A stretch of DNA of 62,964 bases, filler included, from Reticulomyxa filosa (taxonomy: Eukaryota > Protista > Foraminifera): NCBI GenBank assembly GCA_000512085.1. It is 17 parts of 17 records of this genome, joined end to end, with 100 filler letters (N's around TTAATTAATTAA, not from the genome) between each part and the next. Parts side by side here need not be neighbours in the genome. Positions count along the whole stretch, not along the records: positions 21,292 to 28,933 come from ASPP01034224.1; positions 29,034 to 30,418 come from ASPP01013107.1; positions 30,519 to 32,409 come from ASPP01012374.1; positions 32,510 to 33,608 come from ASPP01025142.1; positions 33,709 to 36,354 come from ASPP01019436.1; positions 36,455 to 37,716 come from ASPP01002775.1; positions 37,817 to 39,631 come from ASPP01021803.1; positions 39,732 to 42,283 come from ASPP01023847.1; 9 more parts are not named here. One strand, written 5' to 3'. Positions 27,679 through 41,281 of this stretch are shown one piece after another. Below the pieces are notes generated by a model. That model saw only the letters and a list, made by a program, of their open reading frames with translations. It ran no database searches and was not told the DNA's origin. Numbering within the stretch: the stretch's first letter is position 1; each line of letters opens with the position of its first letter. Both the position numbers and the translations under genes were made by a program.

Positions 27679-28497
27679 TTATTTGACAACAAAGACTTTG
27701 GTGTCTAAGAGAATGTCATTACGTTTAATTGTTGGCCAAACAAAATACAAAATATGTGTGGATATTTTGTTGGACCCACTAATCATGATATGTTTATCTT
27801 GATCAAAGAAAACAGATTGAGTAGGCCTAAATTCAAGAGGCCATAATGACAAAGTATGATCTTGTAATACCATAGTCCAGCAGATTGTACAAGCGGTCTT
27901 CAAGTATGCAGTAACGAGTTCATTATCTTGATCGTCCTGAAGACCTTCTGCTTGCATTTTCTTTTGATACTTGGTGAAGATGAGTCTTACAATTTGGTCG
28001 AGTTTGGTTTCGTCATTGTATTGACCACGACGAACAGGAACAGGAACAGGACATTGTAAGAGTTGTTCAAAATACATTTGCAAATGAAATGCAATCATAA
28101 ATTGAATACTTTGATATTTTTGATTTTCTAGATCAAATGACAAGGATTGTTTACATTTCGAATGATCTTCATTGCTGTTATCATTCATTTGTTGCAATAT
28201 CTGATCAAAGTGCAATGCGTCAGCCACCGCATTATACATTTCCATTTTGTAGTCGTGCATCGCATTATAGCAATCCATCAGCATGTTCCAGCACCAATCG
28301 TATACGTTCTCGCGTGCCTTTTCCTTCCGCATCCCCACTTGTGTCAACATCCTAATCAGACTTATAGTTAAGTTGGCATGCTGTTGGGTGTGAAGACTAT
28401 CCAAGTTGTCCTTTATTTGCGACACATTGGGAAACGTGCTTCGAGTATTTGCCACTACGTGTTTTTTCAGCAGATTTTCTCGCAATGTTGCATTCAC
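27679..28497 (-). CDS. Protein with a MIEAP/SPATA18-like C-terminal domain; further 5' exons likely up to ~28885
   Basis: YLKTACTICWTMVLQD...FDQDKH...ILYFVWP...KVFV fits the pattern of the MIEAP C-terminal domain. Confidence 0.6.
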   Translation of the reverse strand: MNATLRENLLKKHVVANTRSTFPNVSQIKDNLDSLHTQQHANLTISLIRMLTQVGMRKEKARENVYDWCWNMLMDCYNAMHDYKMEMYNAVADALHFDQILQQMNDNSNEDHSKCKQSLSFDLENQKYQSIQFMIAFHLQMYFEQLLQCPVPVPVRRGQYNDETKLDQIVRLIFTKYQKKMQAEGLQDDQDNELVTAYLKTACTICWTMVLQDHTLSLWPLEFRPTQSVFFDQDKHIMISGSNKISTHILYFVWPTIKRNDILLDTKVFVVK

Positions 28498-29033
28498 ACT
28501 TTTTTTTTAAAAAAAATAAAAAAATAAATAAAAAAAGGGTGTAATGGCAATGGTGTCATCAAAACAATTTTTTTTTTTTTAAAAAAACTAAATAAAAAGA
28601 TAACACAACTGTTGCAACTTGTTTATCTGTATTTTCAATTCGTGCACGTTGTCCCTTTTCCTGATTCAAAATACAACTGTAATATGTCAACAACTATTTC
28701 TGTCGGACAAAAAAATGCAAAAAAAATGATTAACTCTTGTTGTTCACTTTGCAATTGATCTTTTCTATTTTTTTTTTTTTTTTTTAACTTGTTTTGTTTG
28801 AAAGAATCACAAACAACAATATGTAACTCTCAACTCTTTGATTTTGATTTGACGCTTCAATTGTTCATGTTCCCTATTTGTCCATGAACAAACATCAAAA
28901 TATAAGCCATTTTTGCAACAACAACAACAACAANNNNNNNNNNNNNNNNNNNNNNNNNNNNNNNNNNNNNNNNNNNNTTAATTAATTAANNNNNNNNNNN
29001 NNNNNNNNNNNNNNNNNNNNNNNNNNNNNNNNN

Positions 29034-29200
29034 TATAATATATATATATAATATATATTATATATATATAATATATATATATATAATATATATATAATAT
29101 ATATTATATATATGTAATATATATATATAATATATATTATATATATATATATATATAATATATATTATATATATATTATATATATGTGTATATGTATATA
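29034..29200. repeat. Intronic (TA)n-type microsatellite
   Basis: Almost pure TA/TAA sequence ending in a CAG acceptor. Confidence 0.9.
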
Positions 29201-29203
29201 CAG

Positions 29204-29968
29204 AAAAGTAAAACAAATCGGAATTGGAAAAGAACATCACATTCGAGAAACAGATGTGAGCGAAGAAAAGGCGCGCTATCGCTATGGACAGTTCCATTCG
29301 CAGGTGTACCATTCATTGCAACTGATCCAAAAGAAGTTTCCTTTCCACTTCATCAATGCCGAAGGGTCGCCCGACGAGGTGAAGCGCTCGATCGAAACCG
29401 AGCTTGCGTATCAATCAAGAACGGAGCTTGCAGATGCTACCTTCGACAATGTCCGCAGAATCCCTTTGGCCGGCGAAATCAAAAAGGACGCTAGGCTGGA
29501 GCTCGTCAAGCGCTTGGATGGGTATGAAAAGTTTCACAAAGTCTTTTTCGATGAAATCATTCGGCTTGTCATTCGAGACTTTATTCCTGTCATTAAACAG
29601 CAAGCTTTAACTGGTTAGTTTGGTTTTTTTTTTTTTATAAACTTGTTGAACTTTTTCAAACTTGGTGTGATCCCCCTTTTTTAAAAAAAAAAAAAAACGG
29701 ACAAGTGATCTTGCGATCTGAAAATCCTTTGCTATTCGAAAAGGAAGGAATGGGACTAAGGATGGTACTCGACTTGCTCAGCGAACGTGGCTATCGTGTC
29801 ACGCTCGACTACTTGAAAGAGAGATATCCCGACAAAATCGACTTGCACACGGGACTGATCACTTGCCATGTGGTCAAAATTGTTGTGTTTCATATCGCCT
29901 TTCCGCCACCCAAAATTCGACATGCTACTGCCGAGTCCATTGATGGGTGGGATACTCATATTGTCTGA
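29204..29968 (+). CDS. Adenylate/NMP-kinase-like protein with a C-terminal extension, 5'-partial; intron ~29615-29700
   Basis: RETD...FHFINAEGSPDEV...ELAYQS..EL...ARLELVKRLDGY...LSERGY...IDLHTG matches an extended NMP-kinase family as I recall it. The P-loop is outside the contig. Confidence 0.7.
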
Positions 29969-30526
29969 CGCTTTTAGAGCACAACAACTATGAGATTCAC
30001 CCCCTTTTTTTTTATTTAATCGCGCTATGCAATACAACAAACAAAAAAAAAAAAAATACAAATCATTAAAAATAAAAACAAACGTGCAACAACTTGTTTT
30101 TGCTTGGCTCTTTTTTTTTGTTGCTGTTGTTATTATTACTGTTGTTATTGTTGTTATTGTTGTCATTGTTGTTTGCTTTCTTTTCTTCTTTTGCTTTTGG
30201 GTTCATTTTTGGAGAGGAAGGGGAAAAGGGGAGAGGGGGGAGGAAAAAAAAACAATAACAATGACAGACATAATTTCTTTTTTTGCTTTTTTTTTAGCTT
30301 TCATTTCTTACGTTTTTTTGCAGATTTTGATCCGAGGAAAATACATCTTTTTTACATTTTTATTATAATTAAAAAAAAAACATACAAGCGAATGCACTCT
30401 ATTTTCGGAAATGCCATCNNNNNNNNNNNNNNNNNNNNNNNNNNNNNNNNNNNNNNNNNNNNTTAATTAATTAANNNNNNNNNNNNNNNNNNNNNNNNNN
30501 NNNNNNNNNNNNNNNNNNTTTTTTAT

Positions 30527-30564
<38 letters not shown>

Positions 30565-30607
30565 CGAACAATTCTTTTTTCTAATTTTGCAATCAAACCG
30601 ATAAATA

Positions 30608-31346
30608 GGCCTGTCGATGTTTTGCCACGAGAGTTTTCAACAATTGAAGTGAAGAAAACAAAATACAAAGTAAATGCAAAAGCTGGAGCATTAAACAAAG
30701 CCGTTGCAGATAAACTCGACGAAGAAAAAGAATCTGGCAGTAAGGTTGCTGATTTGCACATTGATCCGGAAAGAGAAATTGACAAAGGATTGGAAAAAGG
30801 GCTGCCACCAGATGGCATATTGCGACATATTCGAGGATGGAAGCCTATCGACGGAGACTTCCATGTCGTCAACAAATTGGGCTTTATCATGTTCCACGAT
30901 TACTTTGATAAAAAACACTTGGATGTTCATGCTTCAGATTTTTTCGGCCAATGGAAGAAGTTGATCAGCTATTGTGTACCTGCCTCTCATGTCAAGAATC
31001 AAATCCAATTGGTGGATATCACACATGCTTGCTGGAGAACTGCAAGCAATGACAAAAATGCACGAACACAAGACACATGTATGCTTTCATTCAATTGCAT
31101 TTTGTCCAATTGATTGATTGAAATGTTGACACATCTCTTTTTTTTGTTTTGTTTTGTTTGTTAGACTCCTTTGGATTAATTTTGGAAACAATGACCCGTT
31201 CTGGAGTGCTTACGGAACAAGCTGTTAAAGATTGGCGCGAAAAAAATGAGACAACAGCTGTATCTGAAGCAATCAAAGATATCGATAGATATCTAGAATC
31301 AATGCAAGAAGACAATGCCGATGATGAAAATAGCGAAAGCGATTGA
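30608..31346 (+). CDS. Protein with a W2-like (eIF5/eIF4G/eIF2B-epsilon type) acidic C-terminus, 5'-partial; intron ~31079-31165
   Basis: LILETMTRSGVLTEQAVKDW...IDRYLESMQEDNADDE follows the W2 AA-box pattern. Confidence 0.45.
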
Positions 31347-33095
31347 AGAAATGTGATTATATTTAATTTATTTTTTTAGTTTTTGTGCGTGATTTTTTAT
31401 TTTGAGTTAATATCTTTTGTCTTGTTGCATTTCCGAGAGGTCGATATGCAATTTGGAACAAGTTCAGCCCTAATGATCTATTCACAAACAAAACATTTTT
31501 GCGACGTCACACATCGAATTTTATTACTTTCTTGCTTGATTGAGACTTTTGCAAAAGGCCATCTTTTAGTCGCTATGAAAATCGACACAATAATAAGCAT
31601 AAGATATCACACAACTTCTTTCATAGCTGGTCCATTGGAAAAATGTCACAATTTTTTATAGCATTCATGATTAACTTGTAAAGATGTAAGTAGGAAAAAT
31701 GAAAATTTGTAGAAATAGTTGTTTTAGGCTTCTTTTTTTATTGAGTCTGTAGGAATAGTGAGACGACTAAGTGTAATACGAAAGGAACTTAGTTCCAAAA
31801 AGCAAATTCAGTAAAAGGAAATTAAATTAACAAAAATAATCTCAACACAAGAAAGGAAAACAAGTAAAGAAAACACAAAAGTGAGTTGTGAAGAAGGTTT
31901 AACCCACAGGAGGTCCCATAGTTCCTTTATTTGAACTTGTATAATAGGGCTTTCCCTACACTCATATGTGCAAATCAAACAAAATGTTTTATTTGCTGTT
32001 AATGCAGTGAGTCCTTGATTCTATTCTTTTCTTTCTTGTGATAATATCTAATTGAATACGATATATCTTTACATTGAATGGCAATAATTGAATTAATGAA
32101 AAATATTGAATCAAATTGAAATGCAACAATCAAATTCATATATGCTCCAATGTCAATATTACCAAATGACCATAATCACACATTATTATTAAATTAAAAA
32201 GGGCGTGATGATATTCAAATAAATAATCGTCGTTATATTTTTTAATTGTTTATGCACGTTCAAAAATTTTTTAGTATTTTTAGATAGCGTAAATATTACA
32301 GTTTTTATACTGAAAAAAATTAAATTTAATCAAATGCAAACTATATTAATTCAAAAACTACAAAGAAAACAATACAAAATTTCTAAGTTTGAGCAAAGTT
32401 CTGAGTTGCNNNNNNNNNNNNNNNNNNNNNNNNNNNNNNNNNNNNNNNNNNNNTTAATTAATTAANNNNNNNNNNNNNNNNNNNNNNNNNNNNNNNNNNN
32501 NNNNNNNNNGGGGGGTCAAAGTTTTGTGTTTTGTAAGATTTGTCAATATCATGTGTCGTTTTTGATATTCAATAAAAGATATTTTCTTTTTATTAGCCAA
32601 CATTTTTTTTTTCTTGCGACTGTAAAGAAATACTTGAAATAATACTGAAAATATAATTGAATGTGAAGAAATTTGCCGAACAATCATTAAAATAGATATA
32701 TTTCATTATCGCATAACACAAAATTGTAAATTTAAAAAAAAAGACAATGGCGACGAACAAAATCAAAACAGAAAAGATGTCAAGCATCAAAACACAAACA
32801 CACAAACTAAATCCAACATCAATCAATAACAAAACAAAAAAAAATAATTTGATATTTTATTGTTGTGATATAACCCCATTTTGATAATGCTGAACTTGTT
32901 TGTGATTGCACAGATGCCTGAAAGTTTGATATTGTTGTTGAATTGATGGTGATTCCAAAAATGTTCATTCCTGAACAAAGCGTAAATGATATCAAAAAAA
33001 AAAAAAGAGATATCTTTGTCTTTGTTTTTGATTCGAAAGAAGTAAAATGTTGCCGATTCTATATTGTACCCAAAAGATAACGGCGATATTCTTCA

Positions 33096-33548
33096 ATTTA
33101 ATTTTCTTTTTTGTGAATTCCATTGTCTTTCGCTATTATACAAATCACAAACAAATAATAACATTCAAACTACATCAAAAATATTCATTAAAAAAAAAAA
33201 ACAAACCATCTTTGCAGCGTGAAATAAATTTTAAGCCTTCATCCAAAATAACGACTGGAAAAGAGATGAGAATAACAGCTATCCATTCACTACCATTTAA
33301 TGGAGCAGTACTGAACATAGTACGGAAGAATGGGACGTAAAGGATCATCACATGCAATAACATAGATAATGTCACTGCCAATACGACATAAACATTGGCC
33401 CAAGGAGGATTTACTAATAATGATTGGTTTTCAGATAATGCATTGAATGTATTGAACATTTCAATCGTCACAAGAATTGATAATGACACTGTGCAAGGTC
33501 GGAAATCACGGAAAACGGAGCAATTACCTTGCCATGATGAAAAGCTAT
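33096..33548 (-). CDS. SERCA-type P2A Ca2+-ATPase, C-terminal exons
   Basis: [31 protein letters not shown]...LHVMILYVP...[17 protein letters not shown]. Confidence 0.93.
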
Positions 33549-33708
33549 ATCACAATATCATCAAACAAAATTTTTATTTTAAAAATTAATATATATATAT
33601 ATATATATNNNNNNNNNNNNNNNNNNNNNNNNNNNNNNNNNNNNNNNNNNNNTTAATTAATTAANNNNNNNNNNNNNNNNNNNNNNNNNNNNNNNNNNNN
33701 NNNNNNNN

Positions 33709-35199
33709 ACTGTGTTCAGCGTCGACGTAATGCTTTTCGACGTAATTGGACAGATCACCGCTGTCCCACAATGGATGCAAACACCAGTCAGAGGCACCCC
33801 TGGGCAAAATGGTATCGGATTCCTCCAACAATTCCTCATAAAAAGCGATACAGTTAGTAACATTGCAAGGATTGAATTTTTCCATAAACAATCCATCAAA
33901 TTTATCCTCAAACTTTTTCTGTTTGTTTCGTTTTAATTCGACGATTGTTTCGACGATTTGTTTTTGAAAACATAGCATTCGAATCATTGAAAGTATAACG
34001 GCAAAGACTAATTGATGATAAGGAACAATGCGTGAGTGTTGATACCCTTTTTCCGCGGATTCATAGCTGAGCTGCCATTTATTTTCGTGCAACAGGCCGT
34101 TCAGAATGGCCATGTCGCTGTGATAATACGCGATCGCTGCGACGCGCCAGTTGGTAAGATCGGAGTTGTTATAATACATCATGCACATATTGGCCAAATG
34201 CACATCGCAAGAATCCAATGCGACCAGTGCAAAGTAGTAGTGATGTCGCATGGGATGAAATCCCGGGAAATCTTCTAGTGGCTCTTTCGTTATGTCTTTT
34301 CCGTAACGACAATACACAGCTTCGATAATGTGTGAATACAAATACTTTGGCTTTATGTCAAAGAGTTTGGGAGAGGCGATGGGATCTATAATAAATGAAT
34401 AAATGAATAAATGGATAAATGGATAAATGGATAAATGAATAAATGGATAAATGAATAAATGGATAAATGGATAAATGAATAAATAATAAATAACAAATGA
34501 TAAAAAAAAAAAAAATTAAGATATAATGAAATATTACAAATGTATATATCATACACGATGAATCATCTTGCAATGACTGCTTCTCATCCTCCTCAAATAC
34601 AAATCGCCCATTTTCATACGACCGTCCTTTTAGCAATTCAAACATATGTTTTACAATTTTCTTGTTGTCCGAAAACATTTTGTCTTTGTCTTGATCATTG
34701 ATCTGTCCACTTTCATGTATGGTATGCTCAAACAGTAAATCAAGAACACAATTGGCGAACCAATTGATCTCCCACTTATCAATCCTGTTGTTGAAGTATT
34801 CGCCAATCATGGCCAAACGACACGTGCAAGGCATTCGCGTTTGCCAATCATCCATTAAAAACCATTGCAAATTGCGCAGCGTTCCCTTTTCTTCGTATTT
34901 GGGGCCCGACTTTTTTAGTAGATAGCTGTAGGTCAGCTCTTTGCGATTTTCAAACCAAATTCGAGCAAACTGACTCCAGTCGATGTTGTGTTTCAGCACG
35001 ATCGTTTTGATGTGTTCGAATCGATCCGCCGAGTTGAAGCACAGTAATTCTAACAGCAAGGATTTCAGTTCAAGCCAATCTGAGCATAAATACTTGTTTT
35101 CAATTCCGCACAAATAGTCCAGTATGCAATCCAAGTCTGAGATGTTACTTAAGTTGCTACTTTGATTTTGAGCTTTTATTTGTATTAAAATATATATAA

Positions 35200-35262
<63 letters not shown>

Positions 35263-36306
35263 ATTTATTTAATTTATTTATTTATTAAAAAAAAAAAAAC
35301 TTCGCTTGAAGCTCTTCACAACGTCCTTCAAATAAAGTTGTTGTTGCTCTCGAGCAGTTTGTAGATCTGGAGAAAATGTAAAGGAATTAGCAATCTTCTT
35401 TTTCTTTTTTTTGTTGTTTGAACCTTGCTCGGGAGAGTTGAGTTTGAAGATAAATAGTTGTTGATGCACCATTTGTTTGACGTAGTATCCCTGTTCAATA
35501 TCCCACAGCAATAGATACCACACCAATGCCGCGCAGGCATTTTTCACATCTATCTTTTTTCGATCGGTGGGATTGGCGATCAAATAGTAAAACACGTTAT
35601 TTCGAAGCGTGGAGCAATAGCGTCCAAGCAAGGTGATAAGCGATGATCGCATGTATTTTTGTTTATGCATCACTTGTTTGGCGAGCGAGTCGATATCCAA
35701 AAGCATGTGTAGTCCGGAAAACAGACAGTCGTTGTATTTGACGTTGGATCGATCGAGATACATTCGCCAATAGAAGAGCAGCATCATTTGACATACATTT
35801 GTCCAGTTCCACACAGACTGGTTATTGCATACCTGATCGAACATGGTGACCAGATAGTGTGCGATATCGTGTTGCGTGTTTTCTTTTCGACTCGGAGACA
35901 TTTGCGAATAGAATAGATCAATGGACGCAATGGCGGTCTCAAAGGATATGGTTTTGTTCAGCTGTCTCAAAATGTGTTCAAACATTGGAATGAACGTCTC
36001 GTAGATATCGGGCTTGGAATTGAAGAATTTGTCGGGATACGCGTAGAACAATATCGTATTGTGCTTGCTCACGCCCTGACCCATTCTCCACGTCCACGTC
36101 CACTGTCTCGATCGATCCATCAATTCGGACGGCGGTGGTGGTTCAATCTTGGGTTTGTCCCCTGCGTTGCCAAATGTCAATGAGAAGTGATGCCAAACAT
36201 TCCATGGCAGCAATACTCGCCATCGACAGATCTGTAGCGAATTGCGGTCTTTGTGTGCATTCTCAAATTTGTAATCGCGATTCGAAAGTGCATTGCCTGT
36301 TCTCAT
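33709..36306 (-). CDS. Large uncharacterised helical protein, at least 3 exons, partial at both ends
   Basis: 342-, 258- and 226-aa ORFs separated by AT-rich introns. Confidence 0.65.
34391..34485. repeat. Intronic 8-nt tandem repeat ATAAATG(G/A), ~11 copies
   Basis: Directly visible in the sequence. Confidence 0.85.
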
Positions 36307-37816
36307 TTCAAAAAAAAAAAAAGAACAATATATATATCTTAAGATTCCAAATATNNNNNNNNNNNNNNNNNNNNNNNNNNNNNNNNNNNNNNNNNNNNTT
36401 AATTAATTAANNNNNNNNNNNNNNNNNNNNNNNNNNNNNNNNNNNNNNNNNNNNATGCTTCAACTGGATGCGAGCCATAATCATAACAAAATCAATTTTT
36501 TTTTCTCTCTCACTCCAAGTTCCACTAACCGAAACAAAGACTCTATGAAAAAAAATTCAAGCCCCAACTGTACAAAAAATATAACTGCGACATTTCTCAA
36601 ATATATTTTTTCTTCTAGATCAGAGTGGTATTGATGCTTCCTCTTAACTTTTAAATAATAAACAAAATACTGATTTGTTTTGCCTGAGAAAAAGGAAAAG
36701 CTTTATTTTGTATCGAAGTATAGTTTTATTTATCAAGTTCGTGCTTCTAGCTGAAAAGAATTACTTTTTATTTAATTTGAGATCTACTATTTACTTAAAA
36801 AAAATTGAAATTGATCTACTTAAAATACATCAACATTGCAACAGGGGAAGTGAAAAATGGCAAATGGTTATTGCTTCCACTTGCTTATGTATTTCATCGT
36901 TAATTGTGATTTTTTTTTTTTGACAAATCAAATTTAATTTGTTCAAATCATTTTTCTTTAATTCTTTCACATCAATGTAATTTGTCTCAGATATCTGCAA
37001 CGTTCATTTCAAACAAATTTTTTCTTTACTTCAAGTAATTGCATCAATCTTATGTTTGGTAATGATACAATTCTTATTCTCAGATAAAAGATAATGTTGT
37101 CTTGAAAAGACAAAATCAATTATTTTAATTTTGTTTACAAATTTTTTGAGGACACAGAATCGAGAGTAGTTGCTAATTGCTATTTTATTTTCTTATTCAT
37201 GTTCACCACGGTCAAGAAAAAGGACCCTTTTTTTTTTTTTTTGCGACGTCAAGGTTTATCGAATTGTATCTTTTGTTTTTCCTCTAACGAGACAAAAAAA
37301 ATACAAAATTATCTGATACTTTGTTTACGTGACAAAGTAATAATTTTTTTTTTTTTTGGATGAGATACGTGTCATCCACAAATGCATGTCTGTCTGGGTT
37401 TGAAGATGAAGCAGAATAAAAAAAAAATTTTCTTTTGGAAAATGACCTCGTTTGTTTTCACTGATTTGACGAGGCTGAGATTTTTCATTTTTCGTTGTGA
37501 CAGCACTTGGTTCTTGTTCCTTGCTGCTTTCATTGGAAGTTACATTCGCTTCTTCTTTTTTATTTTTATTTTCATTTCCATTTTCTTTATCTTTATTTTT
37601 TTTTATTGTCTGGAAAAGCATAAATATCGCCATATTCGCTCAACTCGTCCCATTCTTTTGGTGTTGGTCTTAGTTTCGTATTTTTCCAATACTGGTTGTT
37701 ATTCATATCTAATTCTNNNNNNNNNNNNNNNNNNNNNNNNNNNNNNNNNNNNNNNNNNNNTTAATTAATTAANNNNNNNNNNNNNNNNNNNNNNNNNNNN
37801 NNNNNNNNNNNNNNNN

Positions 37817-38890
37817 TTGTGTTGGAGTTAAGTTGTATTTTGTTGAATTGTTTTGGAGTTAAGTTTGATCGGGTTGAGTTATGTTGGAGTTAAGTCTTGT
37901 TGGGTTTTCGTTGTGATGTATTGAGTTATGATGTGTTGGATTGTGATGGGTTGAGTTGTGATTTGTTGTCTTGTGTTGGGTTGGATTGTAGCGGGTTTTT
38001 TGCTGTATGTTGAATTGTGTATTATAATAATTTTGTTTGGATTGAATTGTGTGTATTTAGGTTAAAAAAATATATATAAAAGAAATAGGGTTGTAATGTG
38101 GTTATTAAAAAATAATAAAGGGATATAGCAGATGTATATGTGCAATATTAAAAAAAAAGGGCATTGGAAAAAGGAATAAGTGGATGTAATGATATTGGAA
38201 TATATTGATGAAGATAAATTTTGATGAATATAAATAATTGAAAAGAATAAACCATTTAAGTGTTTTATTTATTTTTTATTTATTTTTTATTTCAAAATAA
38301 TAACTTAAATTAAACCAAATTTGTTTGTGTTTGTTTGTTTTTGTTTTTGTTTGTTTTTGTTTATTTTTTTGTGTCTCCATTTGTATTTATATATTTGATA
38401 TATTTATTATATAAATAGATTGCAAAGATAGAAAGATATAGATGCAGATTATGGAATGGAAAGATATTAATGTTATTATATCCACAAATTCCTTTATTCC
38501 AAGATTGCCCTAAATAAAAATATTGCACATAATACATCATGCTATCCCATATAATTAAAACCACTACAGCCCTATATAATATATAAAAATAAAATAACCT
38601 AATACATACAATTTAATCCAACAATAAAACAATTCAACTTATAATAATTCAACTACAGCAAACTACTTTAAACATCCAATCACACCAATTCAATAATAGC
38701 TTCTTGATCATAGCAGTTCGATTACATCATCTTAATAATAGCAACTTAATCACAACAACTTAATTACAGCAGCTTAATCACATCAACTTAATTACATCAA
38801 TTCAATAACATCAATTTAATTTCCATCAATTCAATTTCAAGCAGTTTAATTTCAATCAATTTAATTTAATTTTAAATTAACTTAACTTAG
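37817..38890 (+). repeat. Long imperfect inverted repeat (arms ~37817-38200 and ~38465-38890) with 14-15-nt subrepeats in the outer arms
   Basis: Nested anchors: 38037-38064 with 38595-38621, 38128-38149 with 38519-38543, and 38158-38190 with 38475-38511. Confidence 0.85.
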
Positions 38891-39731
38891 TTTTAGATTA
38901 ATTAAATGCAATACAGCATTGTGGTGTTTGTTGTGTTGTATTATATTGTAATTCATTAGTTATTTTTATTTTTTTGAAGCGAATGTTTCAATTTGTTTTT
39001 TTTTTGAAATTTTTTTTCAATTCTTCTCACGCAAATTTCACTCAAGTTCCCGACAGATTTCAACAATTTTTTTTTTGAAATAACTTCAAAAATCGTTTTT
39101 TTTAATTGAGAAAATTATTGTTCAATTTTATTATTTGTTTTTACAACTGCAATTATAGAATTACATTTGAATTCAAAAATATCTTCACAAATTGTGCTGA
39201 CAAATATAAAAATGAAAGTTATTGTTCTTTCCGAAAGATAAATAATTTGCATAATTAAATTAAATATTTTGTGTTGTTACATATCTATTTGTTAAAAGAG
39301 ATATAAAAAAAACAATTATATTCAATTTTGATCAGTGAAGAAAATTCAGTTGACAAATTGCATGTATTCAGCATTTTGTTCAATCTTTCAATAAATTGGC
39401 AATCTTCTGTCATGCCTAATATTTTGCACTAATTGAAAGTGGATGAAATTTGGTTTTAATATAATATTGTAACCTGCTTTTGGATCCTTTCTGGCATCAA
39501 ATTGACGTTGTCAAATTGAAAGAGCTTTTAATTGATAAATAATCTTTGATTTTTGTACCAATTAGCACATACATTCCTTTCAAAATAATTTATTCATTTA
39601 CTTTTTTTGTCATAAATTTTTCATATATAAANNNNNNNNNNNNNNNNNNNNNNNNNNNNNNNNNNNNNNNNNNNNTTAATTAATTAANNNNNNNNNNNNN
39701 NNNNNNNNNNNNNNNNNNNNNNNNNNNNNNN

Positions 39732-40660
39732 AACAACAACAACAATGGACGCAACTACCACCACGGCCGACACAACAACAATGGCCACAACAATCACAAC
39801 AGCCACATCAACAACAACCATGGCCACAACATCAGCAGCAGATATACCAACAACGACACCAGTACCAGCAACAACAAGTATTCGAGAAAAAAAAAAAAGA
39901 ATGTGATGGGTATTACATTATATATGTGTGTGTATGCCACATATATGCATGTACTTATACGTACATATGCATATTTTTTTTTGAATGTACATATAGATTA
40001 CATTTTTGATTTCGATGGAGATATTGTTATGCAAGAAAGAAATAATAATAATCATAATAATGGAGATGGCAACGATGACAGCAGCGACAGCAGCAACAAT
40101 GACGACAGTGACAGCAATGGAGAACCAGAAGAAGATGAAGAAATATTGGAAGAAAGAAGAAGAGCAAGAGAAGCAAAAATATTATTGGAAGAAAAAAGAA
40201 TAAGAAAATTAAGAATGAAATGGAGAAAAGAATATATTATGGGAAATGGGCAGAAGCCCCAGCAAAAGAAAGTTAAGTAATATATGTTATTTTTTTAAAA
40301 AAACAAAAATGATGTTTGTTTTGCACATAGAACGGGAATGCACTGGCCATTATTATCACATAAGCAGGCATTGCCCAATGCAAGGTATATTATATATATA
40401 TATTGTTTTTATATTTTCTTTTATTATGAGTGTGTAATCTGTGATATATTATATAGAATTGCCACCATATCACCTATATCATAGTGAATGGCCTGGCAAA
40501 CTGGAGCAAATATTATATAATATATTTGCATTTGTATTTTATATGGTGCTGGCTTCGGCATCTATATATGCTTGATACTTGGCAATATCCAGCATAGACT
40601 ATTCGTTGTGGAAGGTGACAGTATTGCCAGATGGCAAGTCGAACAATTCAATTAAATAGA
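39732..40660 (+). pseudogene. Thr-rich/acidic multi-exon gene fragment with an in-frame TGA in the last exon
   Basis: Short exons bounded by GT/AG. No recognisable domain. Confidence 0.3.
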
Positions 40661-41281
40661 CATTACATTTTCATTGTATTTTTTGTTTTTAGTTTTAACA
40701 TTGAAACTATAACAAAAAAATGTACAGTCAAATAATAAAAAACTCTTCAAATCAACAAAGCAAAAAGGGCTGCATTATTTTTATTTGAACAAATAAAAAC
40801 AAAATCAAATCGCTTGCCACATTTATCGATATTGAATGATATCAACTGTGCAGCATGTGGAAATCAAGTTTACACTGTAACTAGATGTAGCTCGTGTGGT
40901 CGAATCGATTGTCTCAAGTGAATTGGAAAAATACATGAAAAAAGATTTAATCAATCCAAGTTTCAATAATTTTTACTCAAATACTTTCCTTCATATGACA
41001 AAGGCTTGATGAATACATTCTTATCGATTTGCAAATGGCTCCCGTTATGTTTGTAATTGTAATGGTAGTGATTGCACAAGCTATCGTAAGAAATTTCAAT
41101 TAAAAAATATCAGGTCAAACAAGAATCTAAGCAAATATCTTTTTCGGTATTCAGCTTAGTTGTATCTAGAACTTGAGGAGTTATTGTATTGCATTAAAAA
41201 AAAATTAGAAAAATTTACAACAAGCATTGTAATGGCGACGAGTTTTTCTTTGATAAAGAGTGCAACGAAAGCAGAAAAACA

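Noticed and set aside
37817-38000. Telomeric repeat array at a contig end
   Set aside because: The G/T-rich units are too degenerate, and they have a complementary partner at 38640-38890, which fits a foldback.
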